Below are positions 1 through 8,885 of a DNA stretch of 64,000 bases, piece by piece. The first letter of the stretch is position 1. Every line of letters starts with the position of its first letter. Source of the DNA: Deltaproteobacteria bacterium (lineage in GTDB: Bacteria > Myxococcota_A > Polyangia > GCA-2747355 > JADLHG01); NCBI GenBank assembly GCA_020848905.1, contig JADLHG010000026.1, positions 17,422 through 81,421 on the forward strand, given 5' to 3'. The position numbers and the translations under genes are program-made. Below the pieces are notes generated by a model. That model worked only from the letters and a program-made list of their open reading frames with translations. It ran no database searches and was not told the DNA's origin.

Positions 1-688
1 CTTCGAGGTCGCGGCGGCCGAGGTGACCCAGGGGGAGTTCAACACGCGCCTCGGCTACCTGCCGACCGGGTTGAAGACGGGGTGCGGGACGAGCTGCGCG
101 ATCGAGCTCGTCGGGTCCCACGAGGCGATGGCGTACTGCAACGCGCTCTCCGCCAGCGCCGGCCTCGCCCGCTGCTACAGCTGCAGCGGCACACGAGGGA
201 GCACCGCCTGCACCGCCGCCCCGGGCTACGCGGGGAGCGACCTCTATCGCTGTCCGGGGTATCGCCTCCCAACGGACGCCGAGTGGGAGTACGCGGCCCG
301 CGCCGGCAGCTCGTCGGCCTTCTACAACGGCTCCATCACCAACTGCGGTCCGCGCGCCGACCCGGGCGCGGAGCTCATCGGCTGGTACGCGCGCAACTCC
401 TCCAACTCCGTGCACCCCGTGCAGCAGAAGGCCAAGAACGCGTGGGGGCTCTACGACATGTCCGGCAACCTCGCCGAGTGGGTGCAGGATCTCTACGCGG
501 CGGACCTCGGCGGGGCGGCGCGCATCGACCCCGTCAGCGCCGTGGCCGTCGGCGACCGCGTGGTGCGCGGCGGCTCCTACTTCTCTCCCGCCGAGGAACT
601 GCGCTCCGCAAGCCGCTTTCACCTGCCCGCGCAGACCACGCCCGCCTATGCCACGGTCGGCTTTCGTTGCGCGCGCACGCTTCCCTGA
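1..688 (+). CDS. Formylglycine-generating enzyme (FGE/SUMF1) family protein, C-terminal part. The 5' end is truncated by the window edge.
   Basis: Frame is open from nt 2. Motifs RLPTDAEWEYAARAG, GNLAEWV, RGGSY and GFRCAR are typical of the FGE-sulfatase domain. Confidence 0.75.
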   Translation, partial: FEVAAAEVTQGEFNTRLGYLPTGLKTGCGTSCAIELVGSHEAMAYCNALSASAGLARCYSCSGTRGSTACTAAPGYAGSDLYRCPGYRLPTDAEWEYAARAGSSSAFYNGSITNCGPRADPGAELIGWYARNSSNSVHPVQQKAKNAWGLYDMSGNLAEWVQDLYAADLGGAARIDPVSAVAVGDRVVRGGSYFSPAEELRSASRFHLPAQTTPAYATVGFRCARTLP

Positions 689-707
689 CCGACCCGAGGG
701 CCCGCCC

Positions 708-2225
708 TCAGCGCGCGGCGATGGCCTCCCCATCCACGGTCAGCCACTCCGCAGGACCGAAACGCGCCACGAGGGCAGCCGCGAGGCGATCCGTATCCCC
801 GACGACCACGATCGTGGCGTCGGCAGGCCGGAGAAGACTCGCTGCGGCCCGACGCAGTCCCCGTGCGTCCAGGCGGGCCACCTGCTCGGGAAGCCGGCCG
901 AGCGCGTCCGCGGGACGGCCGTGCGTAGCCAGCTCCACCGCGGCGTTGAGCAACCCCGCCACCGTCTCGGCGCGCGCGGGCAGCTTCTCGACGACCAGCC
1001 GACGCCCCTTCCGGAGCTCGGCGGGAGGGACGTCGGTCGACCTCAAACGCTCGAGCTCGTAGAGCAGCTGGTCGAGCGCCGCGAGCGTGTCCTTCGTCGC
1101 CACCTGCGCCTCGGCGTAGAACTGGCCCGGCCCCCGCGGCTGGTCGAAGACCGCGTGCGCCCCGTAGGTGAAGCCGTGCCGCTCGCGCAGGTTCTCGTTC
1201 AGTCGGCTCGTGAAGCAGCCGCCGAGGATCGTCCCGATCAGCCGCACCGCCGCCTCGGAGGTCGCCGCGCGGGGCGGCAGGAGGTGTCCGACGCGGATTA
1301 CCGACTGGCTGGCGCCTCGTCGGCGGACCAGCACCAGCCGCGGGGAGCGCCGCGGCCCGACGCGCGCCGCATCGAGCTCGCGGGCCTCCGGCTCGCCCGA
1401 GGCCCGCTCCTCCGGCTTCTCCTCGCTCCCCTTCCAGTCGCCGAAGCGCGCGCGCAGGTTCCGCAGCAGGCGCTCGGGGACCACGTCGCCGACGGCCACG
1501 AGGACCACGTTCTCGGGGCGCACGTGCTGCCGGTAGAAGCGGCGCACGTCCTCCACGGTCAGGCGATCCACCTCGGTCGGCGTCGGGAGGAGCGGCCTCG
1601 CGTAGGGGTGCTCGCCGTAGAGGCTGCGACGGAGCGCGAGCGCCGCGACGCGGTCGGCGCGGGTCCGGCGCTGCTCTCCCCGCGCTCGGAGCTGCGTGCC
1701 GAGGCGCACGAACTCCTCCGCCTCGAGTCGCGGACGACGCACCACGTCCGCGAGCAGCGCCAGCACCTGCTCTTCGTGGCGGCTGAGCGCCTGGATCGAC
1801 ACGAGCATCGAATCCCAGTCGGCCGAGCTGTAGATGCTCGCGCCCATCTGCTCCAGCTCCGCGGCGAAGGAGAGCGCGTCGCGCGCTCCGGCCCCGCTCT
1901 CGAGCAGCTCGGCGGTGGCGTAGGCCAGGCCCACCCGCTGCGGCGGGTCGCTCGACGCCCCGCGCAGCACGAGCGCCCCCAGGCGCAGGATCGGCAGATC
2001 CCGCTTGGGGAGCATCCACACCTGCAGCCCGTTCTCGAGCCGCGTCACCGTCGCCACGGGGAACGGAAGCGCGCGCGCGGGACCGAGCGGCGGCCGCCGC
2101 TTCATGAAGACCGGCACGGCGACCGCCCCCCCGGCGGCGCCCGAGCGCGGCGCGCCGCAGGCGCAGGTAGCGAGCTGCGCGCCGAGGAGCGCCACGAGCA
2201 CGAGGAGCCTGAGCAACGCCGTCAC
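708..2225 (-). CDS. Peptidase M16 family protein (inactive/partner subunit type) with a lipoprotein-like signal peptide
   Basis: M16 domain features (LENGLQVWMLP...). A GTG start at 2225 gives the signal VTALLRLLVLVALLGAQLATCAC. The GTG overlaps the upstream TGA (GTGA coupling). The six-frame ORF extends further upstream, but that stretch is Arg/Gly-rich junk. Confidence 0.7.
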   Translation of the reverse strand: MTALLRLLVLVALLGAQLATCACGAPRSGAAGGAVAVPVFMKRRPPLGPARALPFPVATVTRLENGLQVWMLPKRDLPILRLGALVLRGASSDPPQRVGLAYATAELLESGAGARDALSFAAELEQMGASIYSSADWDSMLVSIQALSRHEEQVLALLADVVRRPRLEAEEFVRLGTQLRARGEQRRTRADRVAALALRRSLYGEHPYARPLLPTPTEVDRLTVEDVRRFYRQHVRPENVVLVAVGDVVPERLLRNLRARFGDWKGSEEKPEERASGEPEARELDAARVGPRRSPRLVLVRRRGASQSVIRVGHLLPPRAATSEAAVRLIGTILGGCFTSRLNENLRERHGFTYGAHAVFDQPRGPGQFYAEAQVATKDTLAALDQLLYELERLRSTDVPPAELRKGRRLVVEKLPARAETVAGLLNAAVELATHGRPADALGRLPEQVARLDARGLRRAAASLLRPADATIVVVGDTDRLAAALVARFGPAEWLTVDGEAIAAR

Positions 2226-3565
2226 TCCGCGGCTCCGTGGGCCGGCACGACCCAGAGCTGCACGCGACGCCTCAGATCGATCACGCGTCGACTGGCCGCG
2301 TGCACAGCCTCGGGCGTGGCCCGGCGAAAACGCGCCAGATCGCGGCCCAGGTAATCGGGTTGCCCGGTGAGCGCAAGGTAGCGGTTCAAGAGTTCGGCCC
2401 GCCGCTGCACCCGTTGCAGCCCGGCCACGAAGGCGGTCTCCACCTGGTTCTTCACCCGCTCGAGCTCGAGCGCCGTCGGCGGAGCGGCCAGAAAGCGCGC
2501 GAGCTCGCGCTCCACGACCCGGAGGAGCCTCGTCCGCGAGACCCCGGGCCGGGCCGTGACCTCCACCACGAAGGTGGAGGCGAGCTGACCGGAGTCCTGC
2601 CGCGCCTCCACGTCCAGCGCCACCTGCCGCTCGTAGACCAGCGCCTGGTGCAACCGCGAGCGCCGGCCCTCGGCGAGGAGCATCGCCGCGAGGTCCAGCT
2701 CCGCGTCCCCCGGAGTGAGCGCCGGAGGCGAGAGCCACGCCAGGTAGAGTCGCGGCGTCTTCACCCGGTCGGCGACGGTGCGCTGCACCGGGCGCCGGAG
2801 GCTCACCGGCGCGCGGTGGGGCGCGTCCACGGGGGGCGGGGCCGGGATCCAGGCGAAGTAGCGCTCCACGAGCCTCCGGGCGTGGGCGGGCTCGAAGTCC
2901 CCCGCCACCACGAGCGAGGCGTTGCGCGGCGTATAGAAGCGCCGAAAGAGCTCCTGCACGTCGCGGAGGGTCACGGCCCGCAGATCCGACGGCGAGCCGA
3001 TCACGGGCCAGCTATAGGGGTGTCCCTTGGGGTAGAGCAGGGTCGGTAACAGGAGCTGGGCCACGCCGTAGGGGGCGTTCTCGTAGTTCTGGCGGCGTTC
3101 GTTCAGCACCACCTCGCGCTGCAGGTCCAGCTTGCGCTGCGTGAGCGCGAGCGGGAGGGTGGCCATGCGGTCGGCCTCGATCCACAGGAGCCGCTCGAGC
3201 AGCCGCGACGGTCCGACGTCGTAGTAGACCGTCATGTCCTCGCTCGTGTAGGCGTTGTTCCACCCCCCGGCACGCTCCATCAGCTGATCGATCTGCTTCT
3301 CGGGCACGTTCTGCGAGCCCGAGAACATGAGGTGCTCGAAGAGGTGGGCCGCCCCCGACCGTCCTGCGGGCTCGTTGCGCGAGCCCACGCGGTAGAGCAC
3401 GTGGACCACCACGCGAGGCAGTCGGCGGTCGGCGTGGAGGATCACATCGAGGCCGTTCTTCAGGCGGAAGCGCTCGTGGGGAATCCCGAGCGGCGACGCG
3501 GTGGCGTCTCGTCCCGCGAGGAGGAGCAGCGCCACACAGCAGGCAACCGTCCGTCGGGGCATCAC
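2222..3565 (-). CDS. Peptidase M16 (pitrilysin/inverzincin) family zinc protease, active-site type
   Basis: HLFEHLMFSGS contains the inverted zinc-binding HxxEH motif. N-terminal signal peptide MMPRRTVACCVALLLLAG. Confidence 0.8.
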   Translation of the reverse strand: MMPRRTVACCVALLLLAGRDATASPLGIPHERFRLKNGLDVILHADRRLPRVVVHVLYRVGSRNEPAGRSGAAHLFEHLMFSGSQNVPEKQIDQLMERAGGWNNAYTSEDMTVYYDVGPSRLLERLLWIEADRMATLPLALTQRKLDLQREVVLNERRQNYENAPYGVAQLLLPTLLYPKGHPYSWPVIGSPSDLRAVTLRDVQELFRRFYTPRNASLVVAGDFEPAHARRLVERYFAWIPAPPPVDAPHRAPVSLRRPVQRTVADRVKTPRLYLAWLSPPALTPGDAELDLAAMLLAEGRRSRLHQALVYERQVALDVEARQDSGQLASTFVVEVTARPGVSRTRLLRVVERELARFLAAPPTALELERVKNQVETAFVAGLQRVQRRAELLNRYLALTGQPDYLGRDLARFRRATPEAVHAASRRVIDLRRRVQLWVVPAHGAAE

Positions 3566-3660
3566 GTATAAGCGTGACCCGACGGAGGAGGCGCGGCAAG
3601 GGCGGGGGCGCCGCCGCGCGCGCGAATCGAGCGAGCCGACCGGCCCGCGGGGTCAGAGTC

Positions 3661-3868
3661 CTCAGGTGCCGCCGAACCCGATGGTCACCTTGTCGGCCTC
3701 CACGATCACCGGCACGACGCGCCGCCCCTTGCTCGCGACGAGCATCGCGTCGAGCGCGTCCGGGTCGCGGCTCACATCGTGATAGGTGACGTCCTTGCCA
3801 GCGTAGGCCTCACGGGCCTTGGTGGTGTACGGTCAACCCGGCTTGCCGTAAATGATGATCTGACTCAC
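3661..3868 (-). CDS. Glutaredoxin/NrdH-like small redox protein with an in-frame TGA at the CxxC position. Candidate selenoprotein (U-P-Y-T).
   Basis: GTG start at 3868 with AAGGAGGAG 6 nt upstream. Translation is VSQIIIYGKPG-[TGA]-PYTTKAREAYAGKDVTYHDVSRDPDALDAMLVASKGRRVVPVIVEADKVTIGFGGT, with the Grx-fold order beta-CxxC-alpha-beta-alpha-cisPro(VP)-beta-GG. The TGA is at 3833..3835. It replaces the first Cys of the Grx YGKPGCPYC-type motif. Confidence 0.55.
3805..3819 (-). promoter_or_regulatory. SECIS-like hairpin (AGGCC-CGUGA-GGCCU) 13 nt downstream of the in-frame UGA
   Basis: The mRNA-sense sequence AGGCCCGUGAGGCCU forms a 5-bp GC-rich stem with a 5-nt loop containing GU. Flanking ACCA/UGG could extend the stem. 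Confidence 0.4.
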
Positions 3869-3913
3869 GCGCTCCTCCTTGCCGCGCACCGCGGCCGATC
3901 GTCGCACTTCGTC

Positions 3914-4561
3914 CTACAACGCGCCGACGAGGGCCTCGAGCCGACGCGGCAGAGTCTCCGGTTGCCGCCAGACCAGGTGGCGCAGGGCGTCGAGGAGCTG
4001 CTCGTGGACCCCCGGCTGGCTGCACTGAGCCAGGCGCAAGCGGCGTTCGAGCTGCCCCACCCCGTCGTCGATCCAGGCGTCGATCCGCTCGCGCGGCGCA
4101 TCCAGCGCGGCGGCGACGGCATCGCGCGCCAGCCCGTGGCCGTAGCGGAGCGCGAGCGCCACGCGGAGCGGCACAGGCAGCTCCTCGATCGCGACCCGCA
4201 GGAGGTCCGGCGTGAGGCCCGGTGGATAGGTCGCCCCGCGGGGCGTGCCGACCGGCTCGTCCCCCGTCGCGGCGTAGAGGCGCGCCCGCACCTCGGGGAG
4301 CGCAAGACCGCGCGCCACCCCGAGGAGCCAGTCCCGGAGCGAGCCCTCCAGCCGGAGGTGCAGGAGCTCGGTCACCGCTTCCGTGAAGGTCCGGTACGCC
4401 AGCTCCTCCGCCGCCTCCGCGCCGTCGGTGAGGTAGCGGCACGCCGCGTACACGGCCTGGCTGTGGTTGCGGATCAGCAGACTCGCCGCCTGCCGCAGTT
4501 GCCCGCCCCGAAGGGCGCTCAGCACGGCCTGGTCGGCGGGGGAATCGAGTCGGACCTCCAT
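3914..4561 (-). CDS. RNA polymerase ECF-type sigma factor (sigma-70 family, regions 2 and 4)
   Basis: ATG at 4561 (MEVRLDSPADQAVLSALRGG...). Region 2 and 4-like motifs. C-terminal LRVALALRYGHGLARDAVAAALDAPRERIDAWIDDGVGQLERRL. Confidence 0.7.
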   Translation of the reverse strand: MEVRLDSPADQAVLSALRGGQLRQAASLLIRNHSQAVYAACRYLTDGAEAAEELAYRTFTEAVTELLHLRLEGSLRDWLLGVARGLALPEVRARLYAATGDEPVGTPRGATYPPGLTPDLLRVAIEELPVPLRVALALRYGHGLARDAVAAALDAPRERIDAWIDDGVGQLERRLRLAQCSQPGVHEQLLDALRHLVWRQPETLPRRLEALVGAL

Positions 4562-4664
4562 GGGCCTCCGAAGGCGCGGGGAATGCCCCACCCCGCTGAC
4601 TCTGCCACCGGTGGGTTCGCCGAACAAGACGCGGAGCGCGCGCACCGCATGGGCGGTCGGGGCC

Positions 4665-6653
4665 CTACTTACAGAGGTAGGTGAAGCGATCCGTGTCGGA
4701 CCGCCCGGCGTAGTAGCCCCAGTGACGCGCGAGCAGCCGGCCATCCGGCGCGCGCTCGTACGAGAGCCTCATGGCGTGCGTGGCGTCGGCGGGGGCCCCG
4801 GAGTAGTACGAGGCGAGCTCCCCGGTCGCGTCGTACGAGAACGCGTGGAGCGACCCCGGAGGATAGAGCCGGGACAGGATACGGCCCGCCGCGTCGCGCG
4901 TGCGCTCCTCGAGCAGGTTGCCGTTGCGGTAGATGGCGATGCGCCGGCCACCGGCGGAGAAGCGGCGCTCGTGCAGCACGGGGGGCGGCAGGGTCGCGGG
5001 CAGCTGGCCGAGCCCCTCGGGGATCGCCCCCACCCCGTCGGTCGGCCGCGACGCGATGGCGTGGCGCGCGATCGTGTGCCGCGAGACCTCGGCCCCCTCG
5101 TAGGCCCAGCCGTGCTGCGCCACGAGCACGCCATTCATGCGGTACGCGCGCGTCACGAGCCTCCCGTCGCGGTCGTAGACGAAGGTCAGCGCCGTGACGA
5201 GCCGCTGGCCGTCCCGGTGGAGCAGGCGCACGTCGCTGGCTACGCGCTCGCCGTCCAGCGCGCGGGTGCGTTCGTACGTCACCGAGCCGTCGCTCCCCGA
5301 CAGCCTCTCGGCGACCATGCGGCCGAGCACGTCATAGGCGAGCTCCGCCCGCAGGACGGGCGCATCCCACACCGGGTGCCAGGCCATCCCTTCCACGCGG
5401 TCGTGCCCAAACCATCTATCGATCCCCGTGTCGTAGGCCGGGCCGAACCCGTAGTCGCCATCGAGGCCCGCCGGTCGATCCCCGACGGGCCAGCCCAGGG
5501 CGTAGACGCCGTCCGCCTCCGGGTAGCCGTAGCTCATGGCGTGAGGCAGCGTGGCGCAGCCGCCCGCGGCCGGCCGCTCGGGCCGCGCGGCCGTCCATTC
5601 GCGCTGGTGGAAGGCGGCGACCAGCGGCTCGAGGTCGTCGGAGCCGCGGAGCGCCCCCCCCTCCTGGTAGAGCTTCGGCGCGAGCTCGGTACGGCTCTGC
5701 TGCAGCCGACCGTCGGCCGCGTAGACCCACTCCTGTCGCGCCCACCGGGCTCCGTCCACCGCGCGCTCCACGGCGGTCAGTCGGCCCGCCGCATCGTAGG
5801 TGAAGTCGGCGCTCCCCACGCGCCCCGAATCGCGGTGCGTCACGGTGGAGCGGACGAGGCGATCCCCCCGGTAGCTCCACCGGCGCTCCGTGACGCCGGT
5901 CCGGTTGATACCATCCACGAAGCGCGAGGCCACGAGGCGCGCTCCGTCCCAGGTGTTGGTCCACGTGAACCACAGGGCGCCGCCGAAGTGGTAGCGGTCC
6001 TCGAGCAGGTGCCCGGCCCGGTCGAAGCGCCGTTCCAGGCGTCGCGCGGCGGTCGAGCCGTACTCCATCGCGAGCACCGTCACGTGGAGCTCGCCGGTGG
6101 TCGCGTGGCGCTTCGCGCGGATCGTGCCAGCCCAGCGTTCGCCTTCGAGGTCACCCGGTCTCGAGAAGGCCATCGGCGGTGGACGGTGGGTCCAGGCGCG
6201 GGCCACCGCGGGCAGCTCGACGAAGCAATCCCCGCCATCGCACGAGGTGCTCCCCGGCGCGGCGAAGAGCTCCAGCGGGGTCGGGAAGCCGTCCGTCACC
6301 CCGCCGCTCGTACGGCGCTCGAGGCGGCAGGAGCTCCCCTCGGCGGCACGCACCCAGGCGAGCAGCTCGGGGGCCAGCTCGGACCCCGGGTGCGCCGGTT
6401 GCGGAGCGCAGTAGCCGGTCGCCGCAGAGGGGGTGCCCGGCGGCGCCACTCCGGGAGGCGTCGGGCCCACCCCGGGTGTGGGAGCCGGGGGAAGGTGTTG
6501 CTCAGGGACCTCTGCCCGCGGGTCGCCCGTCTCAGGCAACCCGGGGCGCGAGCACCCCGCACACCAGAGCGACACCCCGAGCAGGGCGGCGCCGACCCCC
6601 GTGCTCCGCCCCACCGACCTACCGCTGTTTCGCGCTTCGCGTGTGTTCGTCAT
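4665..6653 (-). CDS. YD-repeat (RHS-family) lipoprotein
   Basis: Multiple YD repeats (YDAAGRLTAVER, YAADGRLQQSRTE, FVYDRDGRLVTRAYRMNG, SYDATGELASYY). N-terminal lipoprotein signal MTNTREARNSGRSVGRSTGVGAALLGVSLWCAGCS. AT-rich patch upstream. Confidence 0.7.
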   Translation of the reverse strand: MTNTREARNSGRSVGRSTGVGAALLGVSLWCAGCSRPGLPETGDPRAEVPEQHLPPAPTPGVGPTPPGVAPPGTPSAATGYCAPQPAHPGSELAPELLAWVRAAEGSSCRLERRTSGGVTDGFPTPLELFAAPGSTSCDGGDCFVELPAVARAWTHRPPPMAFSRPGDLEGERWAGTIRAKRHATTGELHVTVLAMEYGSTAARRLERRFDRAGHLLEDRYHFGGALWFTWTNTWDGARLVASRFVDGINRTGVTERRWSYRGDRLVRSTVTHRDSGRVGSADFTYDAAGRLTAVERAVDGARWARQEWVYAADGRLQQSRTELAPKLYQEGGALRGSDDLEPLVAAFHQREWTAARPERPAAGGCATLPHAMSYGYPEADGVYALGWPVGDRPAGLDGDYGFGPAYDTGIDRWFGHDRVEGMAWHPVWDAPVLRAELAYDVLGRMVAERLSGSDGSVTYERTRALDGERVASDVRLLHRDGQRLVTALTFVYDRDGRLVTRAYRMNGVLVAQHGWAYEGAEVSRHTIARHAIASRPTDGVGAIPEGLGQLPATLPPPVLHERRFSAGGRRIAIYRNGNLLEERTRDAAGRILSRLYPPGSLHAFSYDATGELASYYSGAPADATHAMRLSYERAPDGRLLARHWGYYAGRSDTDRFTYLCK

Positions 6654-6754
6654 GCACTCGAGGATGACCTCGGTGCATAACATTGGGAAACGCTCTTTTC
6701 GCTACTCAATAATATTGCACGGCCGAACAATGCCGCGGCGGGCGCTACGGCGGA

Positions 6755-7246
6755 CTACTTCAGGCTGTACGGACCGATCGGCATCTTGCTCGAATCGGTG
6801 ACCTTGACCTTCACGTCGAGGAGGTTGCCCAGCATCCAGAGCACCGGGGACGGCATCCAGGTCGCCGCCTTGGCCAGGGTGTTCACCCCGCGGCCGGTCA
6901 CTTCGACGCCGAAGCCGATGGTCCCCGGGAGCCGCACGTACATGGCGCGCCCCTTCCCCTGCTCGGGCTTCGACTCGAGGCCGTAGACGCCTCCGGTGAT
7001 CAGCTTGCCGTTCAAGTGATCCGACTGAAACGCGGCCACCTCCACGCGATAGGCGCGGTAGCCGGCGTGCTCGGCCGCGGCGTTGGCCCGGACGGCCGCC
7101 TTCATCCGCGGCATGAGCGCCTTGGACAGCACCGTGGCCTGGCGCGGGTTCAGGGTCAGAAACAGCCCCCCCTTTGCCTGCGCCGCTCCTGCGAACAGCA
7201 TCGCCGCCGCGATCACTCCGAGTCCGATTCGGCTCGAGGTTTTCAT
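6755..7246 (-). CDS. Hypothetical secreted protein
   Basis: ATG at 7246 gives signal peptide MKTSSRIGLGVIAAAMLFAGAAQA. Protein-like composition. No recognised domain. Confidence 0.5.
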   Translation of the reverse strand: MKTSSRIGLGVIAAAMLFAGAAQAKGGLFLTLNPRQATVLSKALMPRMKAAVRANAAAEHAGYRAYRVEVAAFQSDHLNGKLITGGVYGLESKPEQGKGRAMYVRLPGTIGFGVEVTGRGVNTLAKAATWMPSPVLWMLGNLLDVKVKVTDSSKMPIGPYSLK

Positions 7247-7490
7247 CACACGCCTCCTGACTCCCCGCCTGGCGCGCGTGGCGCCGCGGGCTCGTGGTGG
7301 TGATCCGCTCGCCTGCCGCCAGACCTTGGGCGGCATGCGAGCAGAAGACCCGTCGCTGGTTGATGTCGGAGCCTTGAGCAAGCGGCGTGCCGGCTGCCTT
7401 CGTCGGCGAAGCGCTGGAGATCGTTGCAGGCCGTCGGTAGGGGGGCGGAGAGGAGGCTCTCCGACTTTGGGTGGGTGGCTAGCGCGCGCT

Positions 7491-7525
7491 GGCTAGCAGG
7501 CGATCCCGGCTAGTAGGCGATCCCG
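7491..7525. repeat. Imperfect 17-bp tandem duplication (CTAGCAGGCGATCCCGGC / TAGTAGGCGATCCCGGC) spanning the vWA gene stop codon
   Basis: Direct repeat read in the sequence. The second copy encodes the C-terminal AGIAY-stop. The first copy lies just downstream and would encode AGIAC-stop. Confidence 0.6.
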
Positions 7526-8760
7526 GCCTTCGGGCCTTGCGCCTTCAGCGCCTCGCCCACCTTGTCGTCAAAGGCGTCGCTGCGGACGCTCTTCCGCCGG
7601 GTCTTCAGGTATCCGTCGCGGGCCTTGGCCAGCTTCGCGATCTCCTCCTGGACCTCCTTCCGCTCGCGCGCCACGCGGTCCACGTAGGCCTGCCGCGCCG
7701 GCGCGGGCAGCGCGGCCACCTGCGGCGGGAGCTCTCGCGCCGCCATCCCCCCGAGGGCACGGCCACGCCCGAGCTTGCTCAAGAGGTCGGCGCCGTCGAT
7801 CGCCCCGCGGCGGGCGCGATAGGTCGCGCTCTCGGCCTGCGCCACCTCGTCCATCGACAGATTCGACCGGGCCCGCTCGCGGGCCGCGTCCTTCTCCGCC
7901 CCGCTCCCCGACGGAAGGAGCGTGGCCGAGAGCTTGCGGTTCAGCTCCGCCAGCCGTCGGTCGTGCGGCGTGGCCATCGCCACCATGCCGCCGTCCTGCT
8001 GGATGCTCGCGTACATGCCGCCCGCCACCCGGGCGATACCGCGCCACGCGGTGGCCGTCTCTTCCATCTCGCCACACCGCACGGCGTTGATCACGATCCC
8101 CTTCTGGCTCGCCTCGCGCGCCAGCTCCTTCGAGTAGAGGCCTCCGCGCCCCTCGTGCGGCGGCGCGTCCCCGACGAGGAAGATGAGCCGCAGGACGTCC
8201 TTGCCGTCGCGCCACTGCATGTTGCGGATCGCCTCGGCCAGCGCGCGGTTCACGTGCTCGGGGGTGTCCCCGCCCCCGGCAGCCTCGAAGCCCTGGAGGT
8301 TCTTGTACACGTCGTCCACCTCCTCCGAGAGCGCGTAGCGGCGCGTCACGTACGCGTCCCCCACGTCCCGATAGCCGATGAGGCCGATGCGCACGTGCGG
8401 CTTCGGCTGCCCCGAGAGCACCTGATTGGCGATGGACCAGATCTTCCGCTTCGCCCCGGCGAGGAGCCCCGACATGCTGCCCGTCGTGTCCACCGCGAAG
8501 ACCAGGTCGACCTGCGGGGACTTCTCCTCGGCCACGGGCCTCGGCGGCTCGGGCGCCACCGTCGGGCGCGTGGGCACCACCGGCGGCTTCACCGTGGCCA
8601 CGCGCGGCGGATGCACGGGGTGAGGGTCGACAAGACGCGGGTCCAGCCGGGCCACGAGGGCGCGGTCGCTCCGGCCGGCCAGCGCCAGAGCCACGACGGC
8701 GATGACCCCCGCGAGCGCCATCAACCCGACCGTCACGTTACGTCTACGCTGGGTGGACAT
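7510..8760 (-). CDS. von Willebrand factor type A (vWA) domain protein, membrane-anchored
   Basis: N-terminal TM helix (VGLMALAGVIAVVALALAG). MIDAS motif DLVFAVDTTGSMSG. Typical vWA spacing of downstream T and D residues. Confidence 0.8.
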   Translation of the reverse strand: MSTQRRRNVTVGLMALAGVIAVVALALAGRSDRALVARLDPRLVDPHPVHPPRVATVKPPVVPTRPTVAPEPPRPVAEEKSPQVDLVFAVDTTGSMSGLLAGAKRKIWSIANQVLSGQPKPHVRIGLIGYRDVGDAYVTRRYALSEEVDDVYKNLQGFEAAGGGDTPEHVNRALAEAIRNMQWRDGKDVLRLIFLVGDAPPHEGRGGLYSKELAREASQKGIVINAVRCGEMEETATAWRGIARVAGGMYASIQQDGGMVAMATPHDRRLAELNRKLSATLLPSGSGAEKDAARERARSNLSMDEVAQAESATYRARRGAIDGADLLSKLGRGRALGGMAARELPPQVAALPAPARQAYVDRVARERKEVQEEIAKLAKARDGYLKTRRKSVRSDAFDDKVGEALKAQGPKAGIAY

Positions 8761-8885
8761 GGGACTCTCCTTCGGTTCGTACGAGCGGATGTCCCTAGAA
8801 ACGCGGCTCCCGTCCGATCGATCTACGGCACGTGCACGGGGCCCGCGAGCCCGGCCTTCGGCCTATTAAGCCCTCAGGTTCACGC

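Noticed and set aside
646-2354. Long overlapping ORFs (646..2019 minus strand, 648..2354 plus strand, 82..1062 plus strand) across the M16 peptidase region
   Set aside because: These are alternate frames or antisense of the M16 genes, which carry HxxEH and M16 domain signatures. The translations are low-complexity.
3833-3835. Reading the in-frame TGA of the Grx-like ORF as a pseudogene-type nonsense mutation or a sequencing error
   Set aside because: Considered. Intact RBS, fold-consistent sequence on both sides, the position being exactly the redox-active Cys, and a downstream hairpin make Sec recoding the more economical explanation. This cannot be excluded without read data.
4467-6680. 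737-aa plus-strand ORF opposite the YD-repeat gene
   Set aside because: It is antisense to a gene with clear YD repeats and a lipobox, and it has no motifs.
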